From NCBI GenBank assembly GCA_937864005.1, contig CALMIL010000025.1, forward strand, positions 2,162 to 66,161: a stretch of 64,000 bases of DNA, written 5' to 3'. The notes beneath the pieces are model-generated. The model ran no database searches, was not told where the DNA came from, and saw only the letters and a program-made list of their open reading frames with translations. This DNA comes from an uncultured Burkholderiales bacterium (GTDB lineage: Bacteria > Pseudomonadota > Gammaproteobacteria > Burkholderiales > Burkholderiaceae_C). A program made the translations under genes and the position numbers. Within the stretch, counting starts at the first letter, position 1. Each line of letters starts with the position of its first letter. This document shows positions 1 to 8,054 of this stretch, one piece after another.

Positions 1-815
1 ACCTGCAGCGCGCGGCCCCAATCGCCGCCAAAGTATCTGACGTAGTAGCCGACGCCAGATATGAAGATCAGATAGGCCCCGGAAATCAGCAGTGCGGCCG
101 AATGAATGGCCGCACCCCTGGAAATGCGCAGTTGCGACAACCAGTCGCTGCGGCGGGTCGTCGAGATCACGATCAGCGGCGCCAGCAGCGCATGCACCGC
201 GCCGCGAATGCTGTATGCGTCCACGTCGACATGGCCGAAAACGACGGCCTGCGAGTACACATATACGTCGAAGCCGAAGGTTCCCACCAACGCGAGGCTG
301 ATCGGCTTTGCGTTCCACAGCGCGTCCTGCGACAGGTTGCGGATCAACTGCTCGACCAGAACCAGACCGAACACCGAAAGCAGCAACGACGCGAGCGAGG
401 CCACTCGTGTGTCGATCGGCAGCAGATCGAGATCCAGGGCGGTGAGCGTCTGCGCCGCCAGCGCGCCCCCGACGAGCACAACGCCGATGACCGCAAGCGC
501 GGCGAGGCCGCTCGGTGCCTTGTCAAGCCGTTTCGGACGCAAGAGCAGCAGCAGGAACGCAAACCACGAGCCGTAACGCGACAGATCCGCCAGGTTCGCA
601 AGCAGGTAGAACAACTCCTGACCCCAAACGGCGGCGGCTACGCTGAACCAACCCCACAGCGACGTGCATCCCACAGCGGCGAGCAGCGCCAAGCCTGGCC
701 AGTTGCGTGGCGGGCGCCAGTACCGCAGGCGGATCAGATGCAGCCCGATTGCCAGGTGGACGACGCCGACAAGGCCGAAGCTCCACACGGTCAGTGCAAC
801 GTGTTGATTGTCCAT
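1..815 (-). CDS. prsK: Multi-pass membrane protein, 5' part only (continues beyond window start). Probably the N-terminal membrane region of the PEP-CTERM-system histidine kinase PrsK.
   Basis: ATG at 815-813 opens a minus-strand frame that I checked by hand at both ends; I found no stop down to position 1. It is absent from the ORF track because no stop lies in the window. The translation starts MDNQHVALTVWSFGLVGVVHLAIGLHLIRLRYWRPP...LLAAVGCTSLWGWFSV...LSRYGSWFAFLLLLL and is a series of hydrophobic helices. It resembles what I remember of the PrsK N-terminus and sits next to PEP-CTERM locus genes. The kinase domain itself is outside the window, so the name is inference. Confidence 0.5.
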   Translation of the reverse strand, partial: MDNQHVALTVWSFGLVGVVHLAIGLHLIRLRYWRPPRNWPGLALLAAVGCTSLWGWFSVAAAVWGQELFYLLANLADLSRYGSWFAFLLLLLRPKRLDKAPSGLAALAVIGVVLVGGALAAQTLTALDLDLLPIDTRVASLASLLLSVFGLVLVEQLIRNLSQDALWNAKPISLALVGTFGFDVYVYSQAVVFGHVDVDAYSIRGAVHALLAPLIVISTTRRSDWLSQLRISRGAAIHSAALLISGAYLIFISGVGYYVRYFGGDWGRALQ

Positions 816-974
816 TGGAAAAAAAACGATTCGGGTGGCGTACGGGATGGTAGCCAGCGGCGGACACGTCAATGCGCAAGTGTGGGACCGAATTGACGGC
901 CGCTCTACTCGAGCCTGGTGACGGCGTGGGCAGTCCTCCCGCCAGATCGGACGCTTGGGTAGCTCATCCGGGCT

Positions 975-998
975 CGACGCGTTCCCTACAACGCGTCG
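975..998. repeat. Perfect inverted repeat CGACGCGTT-N6-AACGCGTCG in the divergent intergenic region
   Basis: Read directly: 975-983 is the exact reverse complement of 990-998. It lies between the divergent membrane-protein gene (start 815) and the priming transferase gene (start 1192). Confidence 0.6.
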
Positions 999-1090
999 TC
1001 CGAGTCAACTTCATCACGTCTCCCGTTCGCCAGCGACCCCGGCCCCTTGAACAGGGGGTTGGCAGATCGGTCTCCTCCAAGTAATTTCGG

Positions 1091-1109
1091 CTTACAGCCG
1101 CTTACAGCG
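1091..1109 (+). repeat. Tandem direct repeat CTTACAGC(C/G) x2 with 10-bp periodicity, upstream of the priming transferase
   Basis: Read directly: cttacagcc g cttacagcg at 1091-1109, about 85 nt upstream of the GTG at 1192. Confidence 0.6.
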
Positions 1110-1191
1110 ATTTGTTGTCGGCGGCGCTGTGGATCAGACGTTCAGCGCTTGCTTGATGACTGTGACGTATGAAGGGACGAAGGGGTCGGTC

Positions 1192-2592
1192 GTGAAAATC
1201 TTTCATCGGAGTGTTCTGCCTGGTTCTCTAGCCGGAATTGTGGTCGACCTCGTCTTGTGCTTTTCGGCGATGCTGCTTGCGGCGTCGACGCTCACCAGCA
1301 AGTACATGACGATTCCGCGCGCGGTGCCGGAGTTGCCACTCATCCTGTTCGGTGCTACCCAGTTTGCCCTGGTGACGGCGCTCATGTACGCCTTGGTTGG
1401 CCTGTACCGCCCGAACTCGATCTCGATGGTTGCCGCTGCGGTGCGCACCGCGGTAGCGCTTTGCATCGCCGGCTACGTGACGAGCCTGACTTTGCGGATC
1501 GTGGCCGACCGAGGTTACATCGAGCTTCTCATACCGACCGCGATTGCCTACCTCGGCGTAGGGCTCGTCCTGGCGCGCGTGGGCTTCGCCGTCATGCGAA
1601 GCACCGTGGCCTTGCCAAAGCTGCTGATCGTGGGTACCAGCCCCGAAGCCCGTGCGATCGCCGCGGACCTGCGCAAGCAAAAGCCACTCGCCCACGACGT
1701 GATCGGCTTTTATTCGGCCACTCGATCGCCGCAGAAGGCCGGTGCGACGATCGACGGGCTGCGCGTGTTTCCGAACGACACGAATCTGACCGAGTTGGCC
1801 TCGCGCTTGGACGTCCAGGAAATCATCGTCGCCGTCCGTGAGCAGCGGGGCGGCGGCCTGCCGATGGACCAGTTGTTGGAGTGCCGTATCCGTGGCGTGT
1901 CGGTGCTCGACCTCGCCGGGTTTTGTGAACGCACCAAAGGGGAAGTGCCCATCGACAGCTTGAAGGGCAGCTGGCTTGTTTACGGTCACGGCTTCGTCCA
2001 AGGCAACCTGCGCCGTTTCCTGAAGCGTCTGTTCGACATCGTCGGTTCCTTGGTGCTGTTGGTGCTGTCGGCACCGGTCATGATCCTTGCGATGCTCGCG
2101 ATCCGGCTCGATAGCCCCGGGCCCGTGATCTATCGTCAGGCACGCGTCGGCCTCGGCGGCCGGGTCTTCACATGCCCGAAGCTGCGCAGCATGTGCGTGA
2201 ACGCCGAGCAAGACGGCGTCGCAAAGTGGGCGTCCAAGGACGACCCGCGGATCACCCGGCTCGGCGCCTTCTTCCGCAAGACGCGGATCGACGAACTGCC
2301 GCAGCTCTTGAGCGTGCTCAAGGGCGATATGAGCCTGGTGGGACCCCGTCCGGAACGCCCCTCCTTCGTCGACGAACTCAAGGAAAGCATTCCGTTTTAT
2401 GAGTTGCGCCATTCGGTGAAGCCCGGAATCACCGGCTGGGCGCAGGTTCGTTTTCACTACGGTGCGTCGCTCGAGGATGCAAAGCGAAAGCACCAGTTCG
2501 ACTTGTACTACGTCAAGAACAATTCACTTGTTCTGGACATTCTCGTCCTGATCGAAACGGTCAGCGTGGTATTGTTTTACGAGGGCCATTGA
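1192..2592 (+). CDS. Polyprenyl-phosphate sugar phosphotransferase (bacterial sugar transferase family; EpsB/WbaP-like priming enzyme of the PEP-CTERM locus type)
   Basis: Several N-terminal TM helices are followed by the C-terminal catalytic domain: ...RITRLGAFFRKTRIDELPQLLSVLKGDMSLVGPRPERP...KPGITGWAQV...DLYYVKNNSLVLDILVLIETV. The track ORF starts at 1129 (GTG). I prefer the in-frame GTG at 1192 (VKIFHRS...), preceded by gaagggacgaagggg. Confidence 0.85.
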   Translation: MKIFHRSVLPGSLAGIVVDLVLCFSAMLLAASTLTSKYMTIPRAVPELPLILFGATQFALVTALMYALVGLYRPNSISMVAAAVRTAVALCIAGYVTSLTLRIVADRGYIELLIPTAIAYLGVGLVLARVGFAVMRSTVALPKLLIVGTSPEARAIAADLRKQKPLAHDVIGFYSATRSPQKAGATIDGLRVFPNDTNLTELASRLDVQEIIVAVREQRGGGLPMDQLLECRIRGVSVLDLAGFCERTKGEVPIDSLKGSWLVYGHGFVQGNLRRFLKRLFDIVGSLVLLVLSAPVMILAMLAIRLDSPGPVIYRQARVGLGGRVFTCPKLRSMCVNAEQDGVAKWASKDDPRITRLGAFFRKTRIDELPQLLSVLKGDMSLVGPRPERPSFVDELKESIPFYELRHSVKPGITGWAQVRFHYGASLEDAKRKHQFDLYYVKNNSLVLDILVLIETVSVVLFYEGH

Positions 2593-2721
2593 GTGCCTCG
2601 GATACCCCACAACACGACCGACATCTTGGAAGCACGCCCAGACTTCGAGCTGTTTCTGGCGGCCGGTTTGGTGGCCGCGGCTGCGCCGACCGTCGAATGG
2701 CAGGAATCGAAGGGATAGGCG

Positions 2722-3342
2722 ATGAACGACAACAGGCACGATGACGGGGAGCCTTCCGCAGCTGTGGACGATCGCGTGCCCATCTCGCCGCAACCTGACG
2801 CGCGCGCGCAGCGCGTCGCGTCGCGCCGCTACATGCTCCTCAAGGGCGCCACGAGGGGCGCGGCCATCCTGGCCGCAGCCACGCCAATCAAGACGCTTGC
2901 GTCCATCCCCTCGGTGACATCCAAAGTCGACGGATTGCTCTGCACGATTTCAGGTACCCATTCTGGCGTGATTTCAGCGAAGACGAGTTTGCCGATATGT
3001 GGCGGCAAGAGTCCGGGCTATTACAAGAAGCTTGAGAATTGGCCCAACTACCCTACAACTTCCTACGCACCGACTGGCTGCCCGTCTTTCAACCAGAACA
3101 CTACGTTTAATAGCCTGTTCGGCGCTTCCACATCGGTGGGCACAGGAGGGTTATGGCATATCATGAAAACGCCGCCGCACAACAATCCAGAGTTCCACTG
3201 GATTGTCGCGTTGCTCAACGCAATCGCTGCGACTCCCGGAGGGAACGTCTTCCCGTACGACCCAAGAGAAGTGCTTGATCTGTATGCCAGTTCGCAAAGT
3301 GCAGACGCGCTTGAGTTCTTCAAGAAGTTCATGGAGAGTTGA
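2722..3342 (+). CDS. Hypothetical secreted protein with a twin-arginine (Tat) signal peptide
   Basis: ATG preceded by aaggga. The N-terminus has SRRYMLLKGATRGAAILAAATPIKTLA/S, which fits S-R-R-x-F-L-K plus an h-region and AxA-like site. The mature part has 4 Cys and is visibly AT-richer than its neighbours (31/60 and 32/60 G+C in the lines at 3061 and 3001). I recognise no family. Confidence 0.6.
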   Translation: MNDNRHDDGEPSAAVDDRVPISPQPDARAQRVASRRYMLLKGATRGAAILAAATPIKTLASIPSVTSKVDGLLCTISGTHSGVISAKTSLPICGGKSPGYYKKLENWPNYPTTSYAPTGCPSFNQNTTFNSLFGASTSVGTGGLWHIMKTPPHNNPEFHWIVALLNAIAATPGGNVFPYDPREVLDLYASSQSADALEFFKKFMES

Positions 3343-3388
3343 TGGGTAGACCCTCGAGGGCCTCTCCTGGTGATCACTTGCGCCCTCG

Positions 3389-3664
3389 GTGTTGTTGCGC
3401 GTCCGTCCCGGCGTCCGCCTGAGTTGGCGTCATTGGGGCTGCGACTGGGTCGCCTTCGATGAGGCGTCGGGCGACACCCACGAGATGGGCGAGCTGACGG
3501 CCTGTGCACTGCTTTGCCTCGAGGAGGGCCCGCTGGACCTTGCGACGCTCGTCGCGGAAGTGGCGGCTGCTGCATCCCAGCCTGAAGAGGCGATTCGGGA
3601 TTCGCTGCAGGATGCGATTGCACAATTGACTCGGCTGGGGCTGGTGGATACCGTGCCGCAATGA
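3389..3664 (+). CDS. PqqD-family protein (RiPP-recognition-element-like peptide chaperone)
   Basis: 91 aa with a GTG start. The W..W..D.VAFDEASGDTHEMGELTA..L pattern and acidic C-terminal helices are typical of PqqD homologues. Its stop overlaps the next start (ATGA at 3661-3664). Confidence 0.7.
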   Translation: MLLRVRPGVRLSWRHWGCDWVAFDEASGDTHEMGELTACALLCLEEGPLDLATLVAEVAAAASQPEEAIRDSLQDAIAQLTRLGLVDTVPQ

Positions 3665-4578
3665 CGCCGTCGTCGTTGGGTCTTGACGAGATCGGCCGCA
3701 GGCTGCGCGGTGCCGGTTTCGCGATGAGGACCGGCCCGTTCAACTTTCGGATCCGTTCCTCGATTGCGTCGGTGGCGTCGGGCCTCGCCCTGCTCTACGA
3801 CGACTATCCGCTGGCCGGCGACGACGAATTCGTCGATTTCGAGGTGCATCTGGAGCGGGGCGCCGGGGTTCGACGCTGGATACGACCGCAAGTGCGCTTT
3901 CTCTACGACGGGAGGTCGCCGTTCGAGCCCTTGCCGATGGGCCACGCGGTGCCGTTGATGGAGTGGGCAATGAACTGGTGCATCTCTTCGCAGGCACACC
4001 AGTACCTGATACTGCACGCAGCCGTCACCGAGCGCGACGGGCTGGCGGCGATTCTTGCCGCGCCGCCCGGGTCCGGCAAGAGCACGCTGTGCGCAGGGCT
4101 GATAAGCCGAGGCTGGCGCCTCTTGTCCGACGAGCTCGCCCTGATCTCCCCGAAGGATGGTTCGATCGTGCCGCTGTGCCGACCCGTGAGCCTGAAGAAC
4201 CAGTCGTTGTCGGTGATGCGCGCGTTCGAGCCGAGTGCCGAATTCAGCGATGTCACGCATGACACGATCAAGGGGTCGGTCTGCCACATGAAGATTCCGA
4301 CACGCCATCTCGATCGAATCGAGGAGCGCGCGAGGCCGGGATGGGTCGTGTTTCCAAAGTACGTCAAGGATGCGCCGGCCCGTCTGACGCCGCGGTCGCG
4401 CGCCAACAGCATGCTCGAGCTGGGGCGCAATGCCTTCAACTACACATTGCTCGGCCGCACCGGTTTCGAGACGCTGGCCGACGTGATCACGGCAAGCGAA
4501 TGTCATGACTTCGAGTACGGCTCGCTGGACGAAGCGGTTCGCGTCTTCGATGCGCTCGTCGAGGCTCGACGCCAGTGA
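3661..4578 (+). CDS. HPr kinase/phosphorylase-related P-loop kinase (HprK-related kinase)
   Basis: 305 aa with the P-loop LAAPPGSGKSTLCAGLISRGWRLLSDEL, characteristic of the HPr-kinase C-terminal domain fold. It is translationally coupled on both sides (ATGA at 3661, GTGA at 4575). Confidence 0.75.
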   Translation: MTPSSLGLDEIGRRLRGAGFAMRTGPFNFRIRSSIASVASGLALLYDDYPLAGDDEFVDFEVHLERGAGVRRWIRPQVRFLYDGRSPFEPLPMGHAVPLMEWAMNWCISSQAHQYLILHAAVTERDGLAAILAAPPGSGKSTLCAGLISRGWRLLSDELALISPKDGSIVPLCRPVSLKNQSLSVMRAFEPSAEFSDVTHDTIKGSVCHMKIPTRHLDRIEERARPGWVVFPKYVKDAPARLTPRSRANSMLELGRNAFNYTLLGRTGFETLADVITASECHDFEYGSLDEAVRVFDALVEARRQ

Positions 4579-5663
4579 GGGACGTTCTGCTTGCGCGCCT
4601 GTGGGCGGACCCCTCGAAGTGGTGGGCCGCGCTGTCACCGCGGGCTTGGGAGACCTTGCTCAGCCAGGCGCGGCAAACGCGGCTGCAAGCGCGCCTGGCC
4701 TGGCACTTTCTTGATCGAGGGCAGATGGCGGAGGTGCCGAAAGGCCCGCGCCACCATCTGGAAAGCGCGTTGCGACTCGCCGAGCGCCAGCGCAATGAAG
4801 TACTTTGGGAGATCGAATGCATCCGGCGTGCGCTGGCGACGGTCGACACGAAGATCGTGCTGCTGAAGGGCGCCGCCTACCTTTCAGCCGCACTCCCCCC
4901 AGCGCCAGGGAGGTTGTTCTCCGACGTCGACATCATGGTCGATCGTCGGCAGATCGGCTCGGTCGAAGGCGCGCTGTTCGCCTCGGGGTGGCTCAGCCAG
5001 GAACGCGATTCGTACAACGACCGCTACTATCGCCGCTGGATGCATGAGTTGCCGCCGATGCGCCATGTTCGGCGCGGAACGACGATCGACGTCCATCACA
5101 CGATCACGCCGCCTACGTCGCGCTTCAAGGTCGATGGCGTCCGGCTGCTCGAAAGGCTGCGCCCGGCCGAGGGCGAGCCGGGCCTGTTCGTATTGGGGCC
5201 CGCCGACATGGTGCTCCACAGCGCGGCGCACCTGTTCCAGGAAGGCGAGTTCGGCCATGGCCTGCGCGACTTGCTCGACCTGAACGACTTGTTGTTGCAC
5301 TTCGGACGACAGGCCGGCTTCTGGAACGAACTGCTGGACCGAGCTCATGAACTGCGGCTGCAGGTTCCGCTCTCGCACGCCCTCACCCATGTCTCGCGCG
5401 TGTTCTCCACGTCAGCGCCACCCGCGCTTGCCGCGCGCGTGCGATCCCTTGACGGCAGGCGGTTCAGGGGCCTGCTGATGACGCAAATGCTGGGCATTGC
5501 GTTGCGCCCCGAGCACCCGAGTTGCGACGGGCCGCTTTCCGGGCCGGTCCGCTGGCTGCTCTATCTCAGATCGCACTGGCTGCGCATGCCGCCCCATCTG
5601 CTGGTCTACCATCTGGGCCGGAAGATGGTGATGCGGCTGAATTCGAACGCGACGAGTTCCTAG
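4575..5663 (+). CDS. Uncharacterised nucleotidyltransferase-family protein (NTP_transf_5-like)
   Basis: 362 aa. The signature VLLKGAAYLSAALPPAPGRLFSDVDIMVDR ... TIDVHHTITP matches the pattern I recall for the 'uncharacterised nucleotidyltransferase' family, often seen beside PqqD and HprK-like genes. The GTG start overlaps the upstream stop (GTGA). Confidence 0.6.
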   Translation: MRDVLLARLWADPSKWWAALSPRAWETLLSQARQTRLQARLAWHFLDRGQMAEVPKGPRHHLESALRLAERQRNEVLWEIECIRRALATVDTKIVLLKGAAYLSAALPPAPGRLFSDVDIMVDRRQIGSVEGALFASGWLSQERDSYNDRYYRRWMHELPPMRHVRRGTTIDVHHTITPPTSRFKVDGVRLLERLRPAEGEPGLFVLGPADMVLHSAAHLFQEGEFGHGLRDLLDLNDLLLHFGRQAGFWNELLDRAHELRLQVPLSHALTHVSRVFSTSAPPALAARVRSLDGRRFRGLLMTQMLGIALRPEHPSCDGPLSGPVRWLLYLRSHWLRMPPHLLVYHLGRKMVMRLNSNATSS

Positions 5664-5726
5664 CCCCTCGCGATGAAGAGGCGGGGTCATGCCGCGCAGT
5701 GGTCGCGCCCAGGCCGGGAGTCTGAA

Positions 5727-6527
5727 ATGTTCTTGACCGCTCCATGGTTTGGCCGGCGACTGCGATGGCTCGCACTGGCCGCAGCTTGCGCTGGTCACGC
5801 GCTATTCGCCGTCGCGGCCGACCGCTTGCCGGATGTGATCGAGCGCATCAAGCCGTCGGTGTTGGCGGTCGGATTCTTCAACGAGACGCAGAGCCCTCGC
5901 TTCGTCTTCCGGGGCACCGGCTTCGTTGTCGGAGACGGAAACCTTCTCGTCACGTGTTCCCATGTCGCGGATAGCGACACCCAGCCCGGCAAGACGGGGC
6001 GCCTGGTCGTCCTTTCGAGCAACGGCAGGGGCGCGGGTCAGATCCGCCAGGCCGACGTGCTGGAGGTCGACAAGGAGCACGACCTCACCGTGTTGCGCTT
6101 CGATGGCAAACCGCTACCGGCGCTCGACCTTCGCAAGGCAGCGCCGATTCGCGAAGGCGAGTCGGTGGCATTCATGGGCTTTCCATTGGGAGGCGCGCTT
6201 GGTTTTGCGCCGGTCACGCACCGCGGCATGGTCTCGTCCATCACATCCGTCGCGTTGCCGAGCCCGACAGCGCAACAGCTCGACTCCCGAGCGATCAGCC
6301 GCCTCAGAGAAGGCGCATTCGAGATGCTCCAGCTCGACGCGACCGCATACCCCGGCAACAGCGGAGGCCCGTTGTTCGACGCGGAAACGGGAGCGATCGT
6401 CGGCGTGGTCAACATGGTCACACTCAAGGGGACGCGTGAATCTGCCTTGACCCATCCTTCGGGCATCAGCTACGCGATCCCGGTGGAATTCGTCCTCCAA
6501 CTGGGGGCTCTGCGCGCAAACAAATGA
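5727..6527 (+). CDS. Secreted trypsin-like serine protease (S1 family, DegP-like catalytic domain, no PDZ)
   Basis: Signal peptide MFLTAPWFGRRLRWLALAAACAGHALFAVAA. Catalytic triad context: TCSHVA (His), HDLTVLRF (Asp), GNSGGPLF (Ser). I chose the ATG at 5727 because of the GGGAG RBS 6 nt upstream. The track ORF starts at 5673. Confidence 0.8.
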   Translation: MFLTAPWFGRRLRWLALAAACAGHALFAVAADRLPDVIERIKPSVLAVGFFNETQSPRFVFRGTGFVVGDGNLLVTCSHVADSDTQPGKTGRLVVLSSNGRGAGQIRQADVLEVDKEHDLTVLRFDGKPLPALDLRKAAPIREGESVAFMGFPLGGALGFAPVTHRGMVSSITSVALPSPTAQQLDSRAISRLREGAFEMLQLDATAYPGNSGGPLFDAETGAIVGVVNMVTLKGTRESALTHPSGISYAIPVEFVLQLGALRANK

Positions 6528-6569
6528 CGGGCACGCACGTCGGGGCCCGATACCGAAAGGCGAGCGCGC

Positions 6570-7934
6570 CTACTGGATCGACAAGCGGCGCATCAGATCG
6601 TAAAGCGTCGGGCGCGTCACACCGAGGATCTCGGAAGCCTTCACGATATTGCCGTTCGCGCGGGCGAGCGCGGCGACAACCGCACCGCGCTCCGCCTTCT
6701 CGCGTACCGCACGCAGATCGAGCAGGGGATCACCCTCGAGCTGCGCGTCGCTCGGCCTGGGCAGGCCGAGGTCTTCGCTGGTCACCCGATTGCCGTCGGC
6801 CATGATCGCGACCCGCTTGATCGTGTTCAGCAACTCCCGCACGTTTCCGGGCCAGGCATAGGCGTCGATCGCCGACAGCGCGTCTTCGCTGAAGCTCATC
6901 GAACTGCGGTTCTGCTCGCGTGCGAACCTGCGCAGGAAGGCCTGGGCGAGCAGCACGGCATCACCCTGCCGGCTTCGCAGCGGCGGGATGTCGATGACGA
7001 TCTCCGCCAGCCGGTAGTAGAGGTCCTGCCTGAAGCGGTTCGTCTTGATGAATTCGGCCAGATCCTGATGCGTTGCGCAGACCACCCGGACGTCGACCGC
7101 TATCACGTTGCGCCCGCCAAGACGTTCGATCGTGCGCTCCTGCAGAAAGCGCAGCAGCTTGGCCTGCAGCGACTGGGGAAGGTCGCCGATCTCGTCGAGC
7201 ATCAGCGTGCCGCCGTTGGCGGTCTCGATGCGTCCGATCGTGCTCTTGGAGGCGCCGGTGAACGCGCCCCTCTCGTAGCCGAACAGTTCGCTTTCGAGAA
7301 GGTTCTCGGGAATCGCCGCACAGTTGATCGCAACAAACTTGCCGCTCCGCTTCGACAAGTGGTGGAGCGCCTGCGCGAGTACCTCCTTGCCCGTTCCGCT
7401 TTCGCCGAGCAACAGCACCGAGGCATCGCTGGGCGCGATCTTCTCGATGGTGCGGCAGATCCGCAGCAGATCGGCGTCTCGCGTCACGAGCCCGGCGAGC
7501 GCGTCGGGCTGCTTCATTTCCCGCAGGCGCCGGTTCTCGCTTTGCAACTCGGACAGGCGAAACGCCCGATCGATGATGAGGCCCAGCAGGTCGGGATCGA
7601 AGGGCTTGGCAAGGAAATCGTAGGCGCCGAGGTCGATCGCACGCAATGCATTGCCCTGGTCGTTCTGGCCGGTCAGGACGATGACCTTCACCTCCGGGTC
7701 GAGTTCGAGCATCTGGACCAGCAGCCTGAAGCCCTCCTGCGCCGTGTCGGGGTCCGGCGCAAGCCCGAGGTCCATCGTCACCACGGCGGGCGAATGGCGG
7801 CGAAACTGGGCCAGCGCGCTTTCCCCGTCGTTCGCAGTGACCGACTCGAATCGATCGAGCGACCACTTGATCTGCTTTTGGAGCGCGAGGTCGTCCTCGA
7901 CGATCAGCAGCGGAGGCCTTTTTTCCGGATTCAT
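6570..7934 (-). CDS. prsR: Sigma-54-dependent response regulator (PEP-CTERM-box response regulator PrsR type)
   Basis: Receiver domain (PLLIVEDDLALQKQIKWSL, ...VTMDLGL). AAA+ domain with Walker A LLLGESGTGKE and the sigma-54 contact motif ERGAFTGA. C-terminal HTH ILGVTRPTLYDLMRRL. Located in an XrtA locus. Confidence 0.85.
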   Translation of the reverse strand: MNPEKRPPLLIVEDDLALQKQIKWSLDRFESVTANDGESALAQFRRHSPAVVTMDLGLAPDPDTAQEGFRLLVQMLELDPEVKVIVLTGQNDQGNALRAIDLGAYDFLAKPFDPDLLGLIIDRAFRLSELQSENRRLREMKQPDALAGLVTRDADLLRICRTIEKIAPSDASVLLLGESGTGKEVLAQALHHLSKRSGKFVAINCAAIPENLLESELFGYERGAFTGASKSTIGRIETANGGTLMLDEIGDLPQSLQAKLLRFLQERTIERLGGRNVIAVDVRVVCATHQDLAEFIKTNRFRQDLYYRLAEIVIDIPPLRSRQGDAVLLAQAFLRRFAREQNRSSMSFSEDALSAIDAYAWPGNVRELLNTIKRVAIMADGNRVTSEDLGLPRPSDAQLEGDPLLDLRAVREKAERGAVVAALARANGNIVKASEILGVTRPTLYDLMRRLSIQ

Positions 7935-8038
7935 GGCGTCTTCACGAAGGGGCTCGGGCTTGCGGAAACACGCGGCGTTCGCGGCGTCGATTGTCCCACC
8001 CGCTTGCCTGCTCGAATGCAGCGTGCCTTGGACTCGGC

Positions 8039-8054
8039 CTTGCGTAGATCGATG
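8039..8054 (+). promoter_or_regulatory. Candidate sigma-54 (-24/-12) promoter facing the eps export operon
   Basis: TGGactcggccTTGCg. The GG (8040-8041) and GC (8052-8053) have exactly the canonical 12-nt register of TGGCACG-N4-TTGCW. It sits in the 456-bp gap between prsR and the export gene. Sequence match only. Confidence 0.3.

Noticed and set aside
92-896. Plus-strand ORFs 92-301, 102-896 and 106-576 at the window start.
   Set aside because: Their products are Arg/Gln-rich nonsense. The opposite strand encodes a coherent multi-TM protein from the ATG at 815 to the window edge.
2593-6527. Reading the PqqD / kinase / nucleotidyltransferase cassette as a lasso-peptide gene cluster.
   Set aside because: There is no transglutaminase-like B2 protease, no adjacent AsnB-like cyclase and no ABC exporter. 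The Cys-less AsnB homologues lie 27-43 kb away inside glycosyltransferase operons. Only the tailoring-like triad is present.
6528-6569. Possible bidirectional terminator between the convergent protease and prsR genes.
   Set aside because: The gap is only 42 nt, and I could find no convincing GC-rich stem followed by a T-tract on either strand.
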